DNA of 62,170 bases, filler included, from Globobulimina sp. (GCA_003354225.1; 20 parts of 20 records of this genome joined end to end with filler, not necessarily neighbours in it); one strand, 5' to 3'. Shown: positions 12,465 through 25,303, counted from the first letter of the whole stretch. Numbers and translations are program-made. Notes: generated from the letters alone by a model not told the origin.

Positions 12465-13505
12465 ATTGCGCCTTTTGTGAGGTTGGAATTATTGGAATGG
12501 AATGTATTAAAATGTAAAATAGATATTGCTGAAAGTGCACCGGACGATATTATGTCAAATATTTTAATCAAACCACAGTTATTTATCAGCCACAAATGGT
12601 ATGAATTAATATCTTTTTATGGTACCAATGATAAGGGAGAAATGGAGGAGAATGACAGTGATGATCTAATTGTTCCCACTTTGATTGCTTCATTGGTTAT
12701 TACTGAAATAATTAATGTGATTAAATATGATTGGAATGCATATAACAAACAAGAAACAAAACAGTTATTATTAAATATAAACTGTGCATTGGAACATATT
12801 GATGGTTATCAACAATTTGAATGTAAAAAAGCATTATTAATGGAGAGTTTGTATGAGAAATGTGATGAGATTATAGATGATTTTATGGAGTTGAAATGTA
12901 TCGGAGATGAGTTGATAAGAAATATATTTGCAAATTTCAAGAGGTTACCAAATAAACCATTGGATTGTATTGCAAATAGCAATCAAATACATGATATTAA
13001 GTCAAATTTGCCCAATGGTTTAATGTATGAATATATTAAAAAACGGGTGTTTAATGCATTGAAGTTATTGGAATGTTTATGTGTTGTAATTGTTGGTGTG
13101 AATGGATCGTTTGAATACATACAGAAAATTACAGTAAAAATATATGATTCGGTGATTGAAGGATTTATTACATATTTAGCTCGATGTCCAGCGAGAAATG
13201 CAAAAAATAAAAATGACTCACAAATGGTGATAGTGGATGATTTGTGTAAAATTGTTACAAAATTATTTGAGATTAAAGATGGATGGAAATTAATGCAAGA
13301 TGAAGATGAAGAGGAGGATGATGAGGATATACAAATGATTTCTCAGGATATTAATTTTAAATTCGCAGAATCTATGCTCAAACATATTAAACGAAGTATT
13401 TTGGAAATAAATGAGAATATAAATGGTGTAATCAAAACTAATCTTAATGTAACGCAAAATCTTGATTGTCTGAATAAAACTGGTCATCTGTGTGGTAGTA
13501 ACTAG
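12465..13505 (+). CDS. Hypothetical helical protein, 5'-partial
   Basis: 342 aa ORF running from the contig edge. Confidence 0.55.
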   Translation: MAPFVRLELLEWNVLKCKIDIAESAPDDIMSNILIKPQLFISHKWYELISFYGTNDKGEMEENDSDDLIVPTLIASLVITEIINVIKYDWNAYNKQETKQLLLNINCALEHIDGYQQFECKKALLMESLYEKCDEIIDDFMELKCIGDELIRNIFANFKRLPNKPLDCIANSNQIHDIKSNLPNGLMYEYIKKRVFNALKLLECLCVVIVGVNGSFEYIQKITVKIYDSVIEGFITYLARCPARNAKNKNDSQMVIVDDLCKIVTKLFEIKDGWKLMQDEDEEEDDEDIQMISQDINFKFAESMLKHIKRSILEINENINGVIKTNLNVTQNLDCLNKTGHLCGSN

Positions 13506-14126
13506 ACGAATGAAACTCATTGTATTGTTGAATTTGTCTATGAGATTTACTGATAGTTTTGCATGACTATTGCTTTGTTGTTTATTTTGAAAATCATTTA
13601 GGACCTGTTTGAAACAGATTGTTTTTAAAATTACAGTTTGAATTCAAAACATTTCGTTTTTGAAACACTGCCTGTTTATAGCCTATGGGCTTATGAATCT
13701 AATATTCTATACATCACGAATTTAAAACATATGTATGATGAGTTTAAAATAAGCTCTTTAAATCAAAAATTTCCGAAAGGCAATATTCTAAACACGTCCT
13801 ATTCTAAAGTAAATAAAAAACTTTTGTGGTGTTGTGATTTTAATAAATCTTAGATGAAGATCGGTGAAATCTGGTTTTCCTAACTTTTCCTTCTGCCATC
13901 GATCCTTATTTTCACTGTTATTAAAGCTGATTAAAAAAATTAATTTTATTATGTCTCACACTCAAAAAAAAAAACTATACAAAATAATTTATAAGTTACA
14001 TACAGCAATATACCTTGAAAAAAAGGAGACAAAATATAATTTGCTAAAAAAATAGTAATAGAATCTAATACACAAACACACAAAATGCTATCTAATGACA
14101 TATAAGTAGGTAAGTAATAATTTCAG

Positions 14127-15317
14127 TTATTGTGGATTTATATCACCATCCAATCCATCCCCTTCCTGATATATATAATCATATCCGTCCATAGTATTGC
14201 TACTGTTACTATCGTCACTGTCAATATCCCCGCATGGTGTATCTCCCTCCACTGTATTCCCTTTGGTCCCATTTTCATGTTGTTCAAAACTAATATTATC
14301 ATACATTCCATCATCATCATCATCATCATCCTCATCCTCATTCTCCTCAATAAAGTCCTGATGTGGCGGCGTTATATCACTCATATAAATCATATTCGAC
14401 ACAATAGAGGCCACATTTATGTGAGTGTCAATCACAAGTTTATGTTTATTCACATTATCCATAACTGACATAATCGGTGTACATGTTTCTGTAAATGTGG
14501 ATGATGGATTTGTTATTTGTATTACAATCTCATTTTCATATTCGTCTGTTCCATCGTTAATATCCATAACTTTTTGCCTCGGAGAAATTGATGAGGTCAT
14601 TGTTTGAACGTGTTTTGTTTTTTCGTTATTTCGCATTTTTTTCTGTATACAACATATCAAACAGATACATAATAAAAAAAATGATAAAACTATTCCTAAA
14701 CCTATCTGATATAACAAATATTTTGATGATAAGATTGAATCAGAACGAATTGAATCATGTATAATATGCGTTGTTGTTATAATTACATCAAATCCGCTGT
14801 CAACGGCACGTTCATTGAGACCATCTCCAAATAGATACACTTCATCAACATAACAATAATGAGCTCGAGTTCGAGTGATTGATGTGTGGCTTTCGAATTT
14901 TATAGATACAGAATTGATATTATCTGCATCTTTGTTCATGTCTTTTATTTCTAAATATGTTTGCTTATTATCCGTATAATCATACTGTGCTAATAGTGTC
15001 CAATCAATTTGGTTGATAGAATAAAAAACTTTGCATGAATCATGATCGGTATCTTCAAAATCTAATAGTTTTATGGAATACATTAAGTGAATGTTATGGT
15101 AATGTAATGTCGATATTTCATGGTATTCTATTGATGCATTGACAGATAACTGTACACATGCTGTACTATCACAATTTGCAGTCGATGTTGATGCTGTGCT
15201 TAATCCATAATATTTCCAACCGGAACTTGTATCCATTGAATCATACCATATCTGATCACTACACACTAAAATGACTAAATGAGTTAGGAAGTAAATGATT
15301 ATAATTGAATTCGTCAT
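14127..15317 (-). CDS. Type I membrane protein (signal peptide, about 145 aa ectodomain, TM, acidic tail)
   Basis: 396 aa ORF; IWYDSM...CYVDEVYLFGD ectodomain; TM followed by a Cys cluster; D/E-rich tail. Confidence 0.75.
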   Translation of the reverse strand: MTNSIIIIYFLTHLVILVCSDQIWYDSMDTSSGWKYYGLSTASTSTANCDSTACVQLSVNASIEYHEISTLHYHNIHLMYSIKLLDFEDTDHDSCKVFYSINQIDWTLLAQYDYTDNKQTYLEIKDMNKDADNINSVSIKFESHTSITRTRAHYCYVDEVYLFGDGLNERAVDSGFDVIITTTHIIHDSIRSDSILSSKYLLYQIGLGIVLSFFLLCICLICCIQKKMRNNEKTKHVQTMTSSISPRQKVMDINDGTDEYENEIVIQITNPSSTFTETCTPIMSVMDNVNKHKLVIDTHINVASIVSNMIYMSDITPPHQDFIEENEDEDDDDDDDGMYDNISFEQHENGTKGNTVEGDTPCGDIDSDDSNSSNTMDGYDYIYQEGDGLDGDINPQ

Positions 15318-15579
15318 ATTGATTGTCTGCTGCTTTGATTTTCTTTGGATGATTCGACAAAGAAATCAGTACACAGATGATTAGAGTTTTCCTATTTGAC
15401 CTTGATTTTGCTCATGATCAACTTTTTTTAATCATTTGTGAATTGTTAGAGAAAAAGCTTAAGTAAATGTTCGTCTAATNNNNNNNNNNNNNNNNNNNNN
15501 NNNNNNNNNNNNNNNNNNNNNNNTTAATTAATTAANNNNNNNNNNNNNNNNNNNNNNNNNNNNNNNNNNNNNNNNNNNN

Positions 15580-17728
15580 GCAAGAATTACAGTTAAAGTT
15601 GCAACAAATTAATGAATTAAACATCGAATTTGATCAACAAACCAAAGACTTGCGACAGTCGAGAAACAGTCTGCATTCTATCAATGGCGATATTGATTCC
15701 AAGAATAACCAATTAAAGAATATATTGACCCGCATAAACAACGCCAATGATTCCATATTGTCACAGTATTCCACGCCGGAAAAGAGCCGCGCGAATATCA
15801 CACAGCCACTGGACATATCATTGGAGGAAATCAACAATAGCAACGACAATGAGTCGTTATTAATATTATCCACCACCACGCCACAGATTATCATCCGCAC
15901 CGTGGAGAAATTGCGCAGAACCATCGATGCCATGTGTTATCCGCGCGGTGGGTGCATTTTTAGTTTGTCCTCAAGCATAAATCACTACAATTCCGCATTG
16001 AATACGTTGGAGAATAAACGGAGCAAATTAGTGGAGATTTTGCAAGCGGCGCCGAAGAAAATGAATGCAAATCTGAATGAGAGCAATATCAGCAATAACA
16101 GTGTGTTGATGTTTGAATTGGACTCCGATGGGGATAATGATGCGGAGGTTAAGGAGGAAAATATAACGGCACAGCGACAGTCGTTGGCGGTGAATGATTT
16201 GGGCAAAATATGGGAGGAGCTGCAGACTGTAAAGAAGGTGATTAACAAATTGCATTTGGAGCGGCAGCATTTAACCACCACATTGAATCACGCTTTGTCC
16301 ATCATACAAAATAACGAGAATGGGAAAGAAAACACGAGTATGGATAGGAAGATGGAGCGGAGTGAGATTGAAGGCGATATTCAGAAAGTTTTGGGCTCGA
16401 TAGAGACGCAAGGAAATGTATGGCGGAATGCTATCAATGCGATGGGGAATAAATTGAAACAATTCGAGTTGCAATTGACGCAAATCAAAATGTGTAAGAA
16501 TGGAGATAATGAAATGAAGCATATATTGAGCGAGTTGGATACGAATATTTGTGATAAGAAACAAGAGTTAGATGGCATTACTAAGCAATTAGATTCGCAG
16601 AAGAATTTATTATCGCAGTTAGCACAGCAAACTGCCACAATTTCCGAGTTCAATGACAAGGATTATACATTTAATAAGTTATCGTCGTCACCAAATATGG
16701 CGCGACAGCTCGCGAATAAAATGCGACTACAAAAAGAATTAAATGATTTGAAACAGGAATTAAGTGATAAACAATATCAATTAAATATCATTTCTGGTGA
16801 GTTGACGCGCCAAGCAAATCAATTGAAACTGCAGCAAAATAGCTTGTTATCCTCGATTGAATCAACGAACACAAATCCAAACAATACGCAGGTTATTAAT
16901 AACCGCATCGAAGAGATCCAGAAACTGTATAAAATGCGAGAGAAGAACTTAAAACAAAGAATCGATTCATATAAGAAAGAATTGCAGAAAAGAGACAAAG
17001 AATTGAATAATTTATTCAATAATAACGCGGATAATACGTTTCTGTTCAAAAAGGAGATCGTGAAAGAAATGCGAAAACTGCAAAATGAGCGGAGCAAAAC
17101 GCTGAATCGGAGAGATTTGAAAAATCAAATTAAAGAAAGAGATGAACAGATTGCATTTTTGATTAATCATTTTGGCAAACAATCAAATAGTTTGTATAAA
17201 TCGCAATCTTTTATGGAGACTTCCAATGTGTCGCATCAATATAATACCGATTTATCGTCGGTGTCCACGACGGGCAATACATCGCAGGCTTTGTCTCAAA
17301 TTGAGGCGAATTTGACTGCGGCGTTGGCTCCGTTTGCAAAGGATAAGAATAAAAATAAAAAACAAAATAAAAAACACAATTTAAATTTGAGTGCTTATCA
17401 TTTTGTTCCAGCGACCTCATCCTCGGAAAATATAAATAACCGAAATAAAAGAAATGTCACTGTTTATAATGATGATTCATTGTTGAATTCAATCTTTGGA
17501 GACAGTCACAATGCGATCCAACAAAAGCAGCATAGATCAAAATATCAACGGGATACATTTAGCAGTAAACAAAAACAACGAAAGCAATCCAGTTATAAAA
17601 AAAAGCAATTTGTGGAGAATAATGACAATGAGAGTGAGGAGGATGATGATGACGATGTGGATCATAGCAATTTTATTTTAGATGATCATGAAAATAGATA
17701 CAAATCATTGGATAGAAAATATGGATAA
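15580..17728 (+). CDS. Long coiled-coil protein, 5'-partial
   Basis: 709 aa Q/K/E/L-rich ORF from the contig edge. Confidence 0.7.
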
Positions 17729-18694
17729 ATGGTTGGTTATATTTGACTCGTTTTGTACTCTTTTGACTTTATTTGATTTGGCGTTGTTTGTCATTTTAGG
17801 GGGTTTTGCATTTGTTTTTTATGTGTTTTAATACATTTGGGGTTTAATCACATTTCTATTTATTTTGCTGTCATAACTGAACCACCCGCCCCATGTACTC
17901 CGAATATTTCTCTTACGTTTACAACAAACGTGAACCGGGAGCATGTGGAGTTATCTTTTAAAAGATAAAAGTACCTTTATCTGATGTTTTTTGCCTTGGG
18001 GGCTCCACAAATCATTCAATAAACCATTGTTTTGATTAAAGTTTTCAGTTTTCTACTAACTTCAACTCACTGACCCTTGAGAATGGCAACTGACTATGCA
18101 AGTACACCCACATTGATATGGCATCAAGTATATGACACCCACATTGATTGCAAAACACGCAAATATTGACGATATGAAACAAATTTCAAATATTACATTT
18201 AAACATTCTGATGAACAGAAAATCGAGAAATTAGAATATGTCGATCGTTGCAAATCACTCAAACGATTAATTGTCTGCTCATAATCATTAAATAAAATGA
18301 ACGGAATCAATTTAAACTATCCAATTAAATTAATTAAATATTACATTTAAAGATTGTCATTTTCCCAAGATACCTTTAATTGCGCCAAATATTTGTCCCT
18401 CGGTGTCCGCCTTTTGGCATTTTCCGACCTGTCCTCGTGCGAAATAGGTCGTGGCCTCGGGGTTAGGCTGTTGTGCGTATCTACATATTCTATCTCTATA
18501 ACAATTCCGATCAGTGAGACAATACCAGTCTGTTTTGCCCCGAACAAGCCCCCACCGATCGCTTTTTCCATCCCAATCTCTTTTAATACATATTNNNNNN
18601 NNNNNNNNNNNNNNNNNNNNNNNNNNNNNNNNNNNNNNTTAATTAATTAANNNNNNNNNNNNNNNNNNNNNNNNNNNNNNNNNNNNNNNNNNNN

Positions 18695-19035
18695 TCTTCA
18701 ATTAATTTTAATCTAAATTTATCATCATATTGCACACCGTAAATATAATTCATCATAGAATTAATTAATGCTGATTTCCCTGAACCAGTTTTACCACAAA
18801 TCAATATTACTTTATGGTCATCATCTGAAAATATTTTTTCTGGTGCACGTTTTTGTTTTCTTATTTCAGAAATATTTTCTTGTTTCTTTTTATCATTCTT
18901 TAAATTCATCACTTTTTTTTTAATTGTTGTCCAAATTGATATACACTTTTGCCCAAATCCTTTGCCACCTTGAAAAGCATACTGAGATTGATCCAAAGCA
19001 GGTAATCTATATTCTCTTTTTTTAAATGGTACCAA
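18695..19035 (-). CDS. P-loop GTPase (septin/AIG1-like G domain), partial
   Basis: KVILICGKTGSGKSALINSMMNYIYGV..DD.FR.KLI. Confidence 0.65.
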
Positions 19036-19313
19036 ATTAATACCAGGTGCAAATTTGATTTGGTTTTGTGATTCTATTTATTATTAGCAATCAAATTAAA
19101 CTTTTATTAATGCCAATGAAACATGAAAAAATGAAACATACTTTTATTAATGTCAATTAAAGGAAATGAATTTTTCTCTTCTAATAACTCAGATGCATAC
19201 ATTATAACAACACACAACGATAAACTTTATTTGTCTTAAAAGTGCAAGGTTAGAGTACTAGAGTTAATTACAACAATCATAATGGGTTGCATCTGTTTTA
19301 AACGAGCCGATGA

Positions 19314-20284
19314 TTGGAACATATTGCAACACAAATAAAAGCACCCACTCGTTCAAATACAGCACCAGAACTTATACAACCTCTCATACAGCAAAGTAGC
19401 ACAGAACATCCCGCATATGCATCTATTTCGGCATCAGGCCCTAAGTTAATACCAACAGACAGACAAATTGATCATTCACATATCAACATCGATGTTGACA
19501 GTATAATGGAAGAAGATCAGTTAACATTATTAAGTATGGAGCAAAACAAGCAATTACGACAAGATGGTTATTGTATGCTTGAATGTGCATTAAATCGAGA
19601 AAAACAAATAAGATATGCAGTCGAAGGATATATTCGACACCATTCTATTAATAATAGTCGCCACATTGTCACAGAACTAATTAGACAAATTATATATTAT
19701 TATGGCACCACATTCAATGCAAAAATGTATATTGAATTAGTTTGTAATGACAATCCGAAACATTTTTTAATACCAAGAAGAAATATTATATTATCCGCGG
19801 TATTGCAGCATATTGCAAATGATGAAAATATAAATAAAATTGAATTGAATGAATATACAGAAGATAAAGCAGTGCCTATTGACGTCGTGCATCGTGTATT
19901 TCGATATTTGGGGCATCATAAAGGTGTGGAACCAGATCCATTGCCATGTCCCGTGAGATCTATTGTGATGGCACAGATTGTTTCTGATAAATGGGACGCA
20001 GAATATATTGATGCGTTTGAGAAGAAAGAAATTTTTGAAATTATTCTGTTGGCGAATCAATTGAAAATTCAATGTTTACTGCATTTGGGTATGTTTTGTG
20101 ATTTGTGTATTTGATAGATTTGATGCATTGATGTTATTTGTTGTGTGTAGGATGTGCGAAGATTGCGACTTTGATTAAGCAATTGGACCAAAAGGAGATT
20201 AATAGGATTATTGAAGAAGAAGAGGAATATCGACGACAGCAGGCACAGAATCAGACTGTGGTATTGGATGAGGAAAGTAAATGA
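19314..20284 (+). CDS. Skp1-like protein with long N-terminal extension, spliced
   Basis: ILSAVL...VFRYLGHH.G...PLPCPVRS...WDAEYID...FEIILLANQLKIQCLLHLG; an intron near 20089-20150 joins to CAKIATLIK; stop at 20282-20284. Confidence 0.8.
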
Positions 20285-20600
20285 ATATCGAGATATTTTA
20301 ATATTAATTATAATTCATAACAGCCAATTCACTGAATATTATATAGGCAGTGTGTTCTGTTTGAATGTTTTTTTTTAAGTATATTACCATCACGTACGCC
20401 ATTTGACACATCACTTGAAATATAATCTGCTTACTAGTATGTCTGCATTTGCAAGGATCTAACATCTCATCAGTTAGACTTAAAGTACTTTTCTGCCAGA
20501 TCTTGATTGACTCCTTGCACACAAAATATACTGAAGAGGTTTTTAACATGTTTCGAAGTGTACTTATTGAAGTAAACTAAACAACGCATCATCCTACAAC

Positions 20601-20965
20601 ATGGAGACAGAAGTGTTACTAAATAAACACACATCCCGTGTTAAGAATGAATGGTCAACAATGCAGTTAGTTTGTATTGTAGCACTATGCGTAATATTGA
20701 GCACTTTAGGCAGTAATATGGACAGAATCATAAAAGCGTTGAAATATAATGACAGTGTTGAGAACCAGCATAAATATGATAAATATGACGTAGTTATTGT
20801 TGGTGCTGGGATAACGGGATTAACGCATTCTTATTTTTTGAATGAATATTATGATTATAAAATATTAACAGTTGAGAGATTCAATCGGGTTGGCGGTAGA
20901 ACACATAGTGTTCATTTAAAATATAATGAGTCAACAATTGTTTTTGAGAATGGTGCAATTCGATT
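20601..20965 (+). pseudogene. Flavin amine oxidase-family gene, N-terminus only, disrupted
   Basis: TM anchor, DVVIVGAGITG, ERFNRVGGRTHS, FENGAIRF; the sequence then degenerates into scrambled repeats and an inverted-repeat element. Confidence 0.7.
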
Positions 20966-21062
20966 TCGATACTATTCAGTAATGATTACTTTCGTGCAAT
21001 TCGAATGGTGCAATTCGAATTCGATTACTTTCATAACAAAGTTAATTGATTTATTTTTATTT

Positions 21063-21584
21063 AACTCTTTTCGGAAAAACTTACCTTTTTGAAATGAACT
21101 CTGTTTGTTTATATAATTACAAACTGTCAGAACAAAAGTACAACAGAAATAATTCAGTTTGCTAAAGGTACTAAACAATGCAAATGGATCCACGGGAAAT
21201 ATTCATTTAATATTAATTATAATTAATAATTTGTAATTACAACAATGATGGTATACTGCATACTTTTGCCACCATAAATCCGTTGCAATATATGACAGGA
21301 ACTACACATATATATGGTGATACGTGCCCATTTTGTATCAGATACATTATATATTGAATAACCATTGAATGTGGACCATCGCAATCGATAATTATCAGAA
21401 TTAAGCCAGCGGGAAATCAATTTGTTTTATGCGCAGTGAGAATGTTGACGGATAATGAAATATCTGTACTGCATAATATTTAGTACCTTTATCAAACTGA
21501 ATTGTTTCTGTTGTACTTTTGTTCTGACACTGTGTAAACAAACAGAGTTCATTTCAAAAAGGTAAAGTTTTTACGAAAAGAGCC
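21063..21584. mobile_element. MITE-like element with about 110 bp terminal inverted repeats
   Basis: Left end CTCTTTTCGGAAAAACTTACCTTTTTGAAATGAACTCTGTTTGTTT...GCTAAAGGTACTAAA is the near-perfect reverse complement of 21480-21584; non-coding interior. Confidence 0.85.
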
Positions 21585-21808
21585 ATTTTAACAATAACCT
21601 TAAAATTCTAAAAACACAATGTTTTTGGATTTTTTATGTAAATGTAAAAATGATGACAAGTTTAATAACAAAAACACGAAAACTTTGTAAATTAACATGT
21701 TTGCTTACNNNNNNNNNNNNNNNNNNNNNNNNNNNNNNNNNNNNNNNNNNNNTTAATTAATTAANNNNNNNNNNNNNNNNNNNNNNNNNNNNNNNNNNNN
21801 NNNNNNNN

Positions 21809-22718
21809 CAATGTTCACAGAAAAAACACCAACAAATAGATAAACCCACGTGAATAATATAGACAATATGACCAGAAAACACATCTTAATCATCAACCTA
21901 TTCAATTTTAATATTCTTTTAAAACTTTGAATGTCTGCACTCGATGGTTCATTTGTTGCGGATCTTTCCGTCTCAAATGAGTGCACCATATCCTTTCGAA
22001 TACTGTATAGCCGCCACACAAAGGCATATAAAACATAAATATTATACAATGTCTGCGTGGCATAGCCACCTAACCATCCAACCTTGTTTGCTGTGTCACC
22101 GTTGTCATTTGTGCAGTACATATTTTTCCCGTCAGTAACGTTTATAAACATTTTTTTAGAAAATAATAAAAAGCTCACAAATAAAAGTGCGCTGAAACCG
22201 AATACAGCTGCAATTCCAATATTTGTTCTGCGGGAAATCTTATATTGCGATTTTCGAAACGTAGTATGTAAACGGTATAGAAATAATGTAGAGATCGTAA
22301 ATTGTCCCATGGAGTACGGAAAATAATACATAAAATAGGCAAAGAAACAGATAGTATATGGATCGAAAGAAGGTCCCAACACAAAGTTAGATCGCATGAA
22401 TGTTTGCGAAATTGGAGTTAAAATGAAGAATCCCAACGTAATGTATCCTAATATATAGATGTATTTGTTCAATGCATCTGGGTTTGATGCGTGAATGCTC
22501 ACCCTTTGAACTTTCCTTTTTTGTTTCTTTCGTAGATAAACTCCAATATTTATACCAATCGCAATAATCACCAAAATTGCAAAGCCACTGCCAACTATAC
22601 CTATGTATACAATATTAGATTGCAGAAACATATGATAACAACACATTATTATCGAGGCGTGAGTACCAGCAATGATAGCTTGCCGTTCATCATCATCCAT
22701 TTGCCGAGTCTCTGCCAT
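21809..22718 (-). CDS. GPCR-like multi-TM protein, 3'-partial
   Basis: Six or more hydrophobic helices, LFLYRLHTTF after TM3, probable short intron near the 5' end. Confidence 0.65.
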
Positions 22719-22811
22719 GGTTAGTTAGATCTAAATTAAAACTATCAAAAACATCAACAAAAAAACATTAACAAGGAAATTGCAACTCTGCAGGTTCTAT
22801 TTACATTATGT

Positions 22812-24002
22812 TCACACTATGTCATTATAATCAGGCGTGCCAATGATTTCAGCCATAAGCACTTGTGTAATGGACCCACTTTGCGTTACCGAGGGTGTTT
22901 GACTCTTACTATCATTATATTTTGGAGTTTGTTGTGTATTGAACTGTTGATTTACATATTCCTTAGTTGCCTTATGTTGGAATCCTCTCTCCACCACAAT
23001 AGCATCCTCTTTCCCTTCTCGTTTGATTGTAGGAAACCATGACACTTTCTTTTGCACCTTCGTTACATGTACAGTATTGCCATGATTTGTATCTTTATTC
23101 CCTTCGCCTTCTGGCTCGCTCGCACGATGCGTCACAGTCATATTCGCCGCAATACCGTCACAGTCATAATTCGCGGCAAGGTTTGTTTGCTGCGATACCG
23201 ATAATTTATGACTTATTGACTCAGGAATACTATCTCTGCCCGGCGTTGATAAATGTATTGCTCTCATTGCATTGGCCGAGGTCACAGCGCCTATTCTCGG
23301 CAGTTTGGTCGTTGCTGTTTCCAAATTGCAATCACGTTGCTGGTATATATCGTGTCCATATTTGTTATTATCCTCAGCTATGGAACCAAACAACGCTCGG
23401 AACTTTCCACTAAAATTTTTAGATTCTTCTACTGTGGCTATGTCGGTATCAGTCTCCAGCTCTTTGCGTAACACTTTAAACCTCCAACAACAGAGAACTG
23501 TGACACAAATACAACAAAGTGCAAGCACCCCACCAGCGGCGTAAACAAGTGTTTCTGTGCTGATCACGTATTGATTGCTTTGATCGTCTTCATGTTGTAC
23601 ATGGTCCCCATATAAATATACTTCGTCTATATGGCATAGTTGCGTTTTATTCATATTATCATTTGCAAATCGTACGGCTGTCTCATTGTGCATTTGATCG
23701 TCAATAAACAAGGTAAATATGCATGAAGCAGTCGCATGATACTCGATAGTGATATTGGTGAAGTTTATAAGCTTAGTATACCGTGTAATATATGATGATG
23801 AGCCAATATGTGTGCATACATTATCCGGCCCGAGGCAATGAATCTGATCAATTGCTGAATCTATATTGCTAACATTGGACAAAATCCAGTTTGGAGATTC
23901 TGTGATGTTACCCATTGAATCAAACCAAATGAGTGGTTTCCCATTACATTGAATATACAATAACAAAATAATAACATAAAAATATTTCGTCATAATTCCC
24001 AT
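22812..24002 (-). CDS. Type I membrane protein, paralog of 14127-15317
   Basis: Signal peptide, LIWFDSM...CHIDEVYLYGD, TM followed by a Cys cluster. Confidence 0.75.
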   Translation of the reverse strand: MGIMTKYFYVIILLLYIQCNGKPLIWFDSMGNITESPNWILSNVSNIDSAIDQIHCLGPDNVCTHIGSSSYITRYTKLINFTNITIEYHATASCIFTLFIDDQMHNETAVRFANDNMNKTQLCHIDEVYLYGDHVQHEDDQSNQYVISTETLVYAAGGVLALCCICVTVLCCWRFKVLRKELETDTDIATVEESKNFSGKFRALFGSIAEDNNKYGHDIYQQRDCNLETATTKLPRIGAVTSANAMRAIHLSTPGRDSIPESISHKLSVSQQTNLAANYDCDGIAANMTVTHRASEPEGEGNKDTNHGNTVHVTKVQKKVSWFPTIKREGKEDAIVVERGFQHKATKEYVNQQFNTQQTPKYNDSKSQTPSVTQSGSITQVLMAEIIGTPDYNDIV

Positions 24003-24145
24003 TTATTATCAACATTTAAGCAGACTGACTTAAAAAAAAACATCATCTTCAAAGCGTCCAACTAGCAGATAATAATAAGTAAACCACTTTTGTGTCAGGA
24101 CAATTGCAATCAAAACCAGTCCTCGCATAATCCAACAACAGCAAT

Positions 24146-24822
24146 ATGGCTCAAGAAGCGCCGGAGCAAGAAATCATCGAAATGCAAGGTGAATTGGAAG
24201 GTCACACCGATTGGGTCACTTGTTTATCCACTTCGTTAGATGACCCAGACACGATCTTATCCGGTTCACGCGACAAATCCGTCATTGTCTGGAAATTAAA
24301 CCGCGATTTACAGCAACGTCATCGCGACGGCGGCAACCGCGGCATGATGTATGTCCGCATCGTGGAGGGCAAAATGATGAAAAGATTGGTGGGACACAAC
24401 CATTTCGTGCAAGACATCGACATCTCATCCGACCGACAATACGCACTCTCCGCCTCTTGGGATGGCACCCTCAGATTATGGAACTTGAAAACGGGGCTAA
24501 CTACGCGCCGCTTCATTGGGCACAAAAAGGACGTATTATCGGTGGCGTTCTCTGCGGATAACCGGCAGATTGTGTCTGGTTCGCGGGACCGAACCATCAA
24601 TGTCTGGAACACGTTAAGTGCCACTGATTGATTACTAATCATATGCTGCATTGCTATGATGTATATACAGTATCGGTGTGATTAAGCATACGATGAACGA
24701 CCAGGACGCACATCGAGATTGGGTGACATGTGTACGTTTCAGCCCTAATGTGGATGACCCCGTGATCGTGTCCTCAGGGCGCGATTATACGGTGAAAGTG
24801 TGGGATATGAACACGTTTGAGT
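24146..24822 (+). CDS. RACK1: RACK1 (guanine nucleotide-binding protein beta-like), 3'-partial
   Basis: [65 protein letters not shown]; intron 24613-24670; [12 protein letters not shown]. Confidence 0.95.
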
Positions 24823-25303
24823 NNNNNNNNNNNNNNNNNNNNNNNNNNNNNNNNNNNNNNNNNNNNTTAATTAATTAANNNNNNNNNNNNNNNNNNNNNN
24901 NNNNNNNNNNNNNNNNNNNNNNCTTGAGAGCAAAGTCAGAAGACTCATGATGCTGACTGACACAAGGAATATGAGAGCAAGCAGTTGTTTCGGCGATTAG
25001 AGGAATGGCAAGGCAAGAACGAATGTTAGAAAAGTTAGATACGATATATCTATGGTCGGACTTGGAGATAGTTTCTGTTCAATTTATCAGCATCCTGTAA
25101 CATATAAAAAAGCGAATATATTCTAAAATTTGTTTGTCTACATAATATTACTAAAATCTGTAAAATGTATCAATTTAATTAGTACTAAAAACAAAATCAA
25201 CTTATTCAAACAAAAAAAAAAGAAAATTACAATTTTAAACATCAATCATAGGCATACCATCCATTTAAATTGTGATTTATTTACAATTTATATTTATAAT
25301 AAT

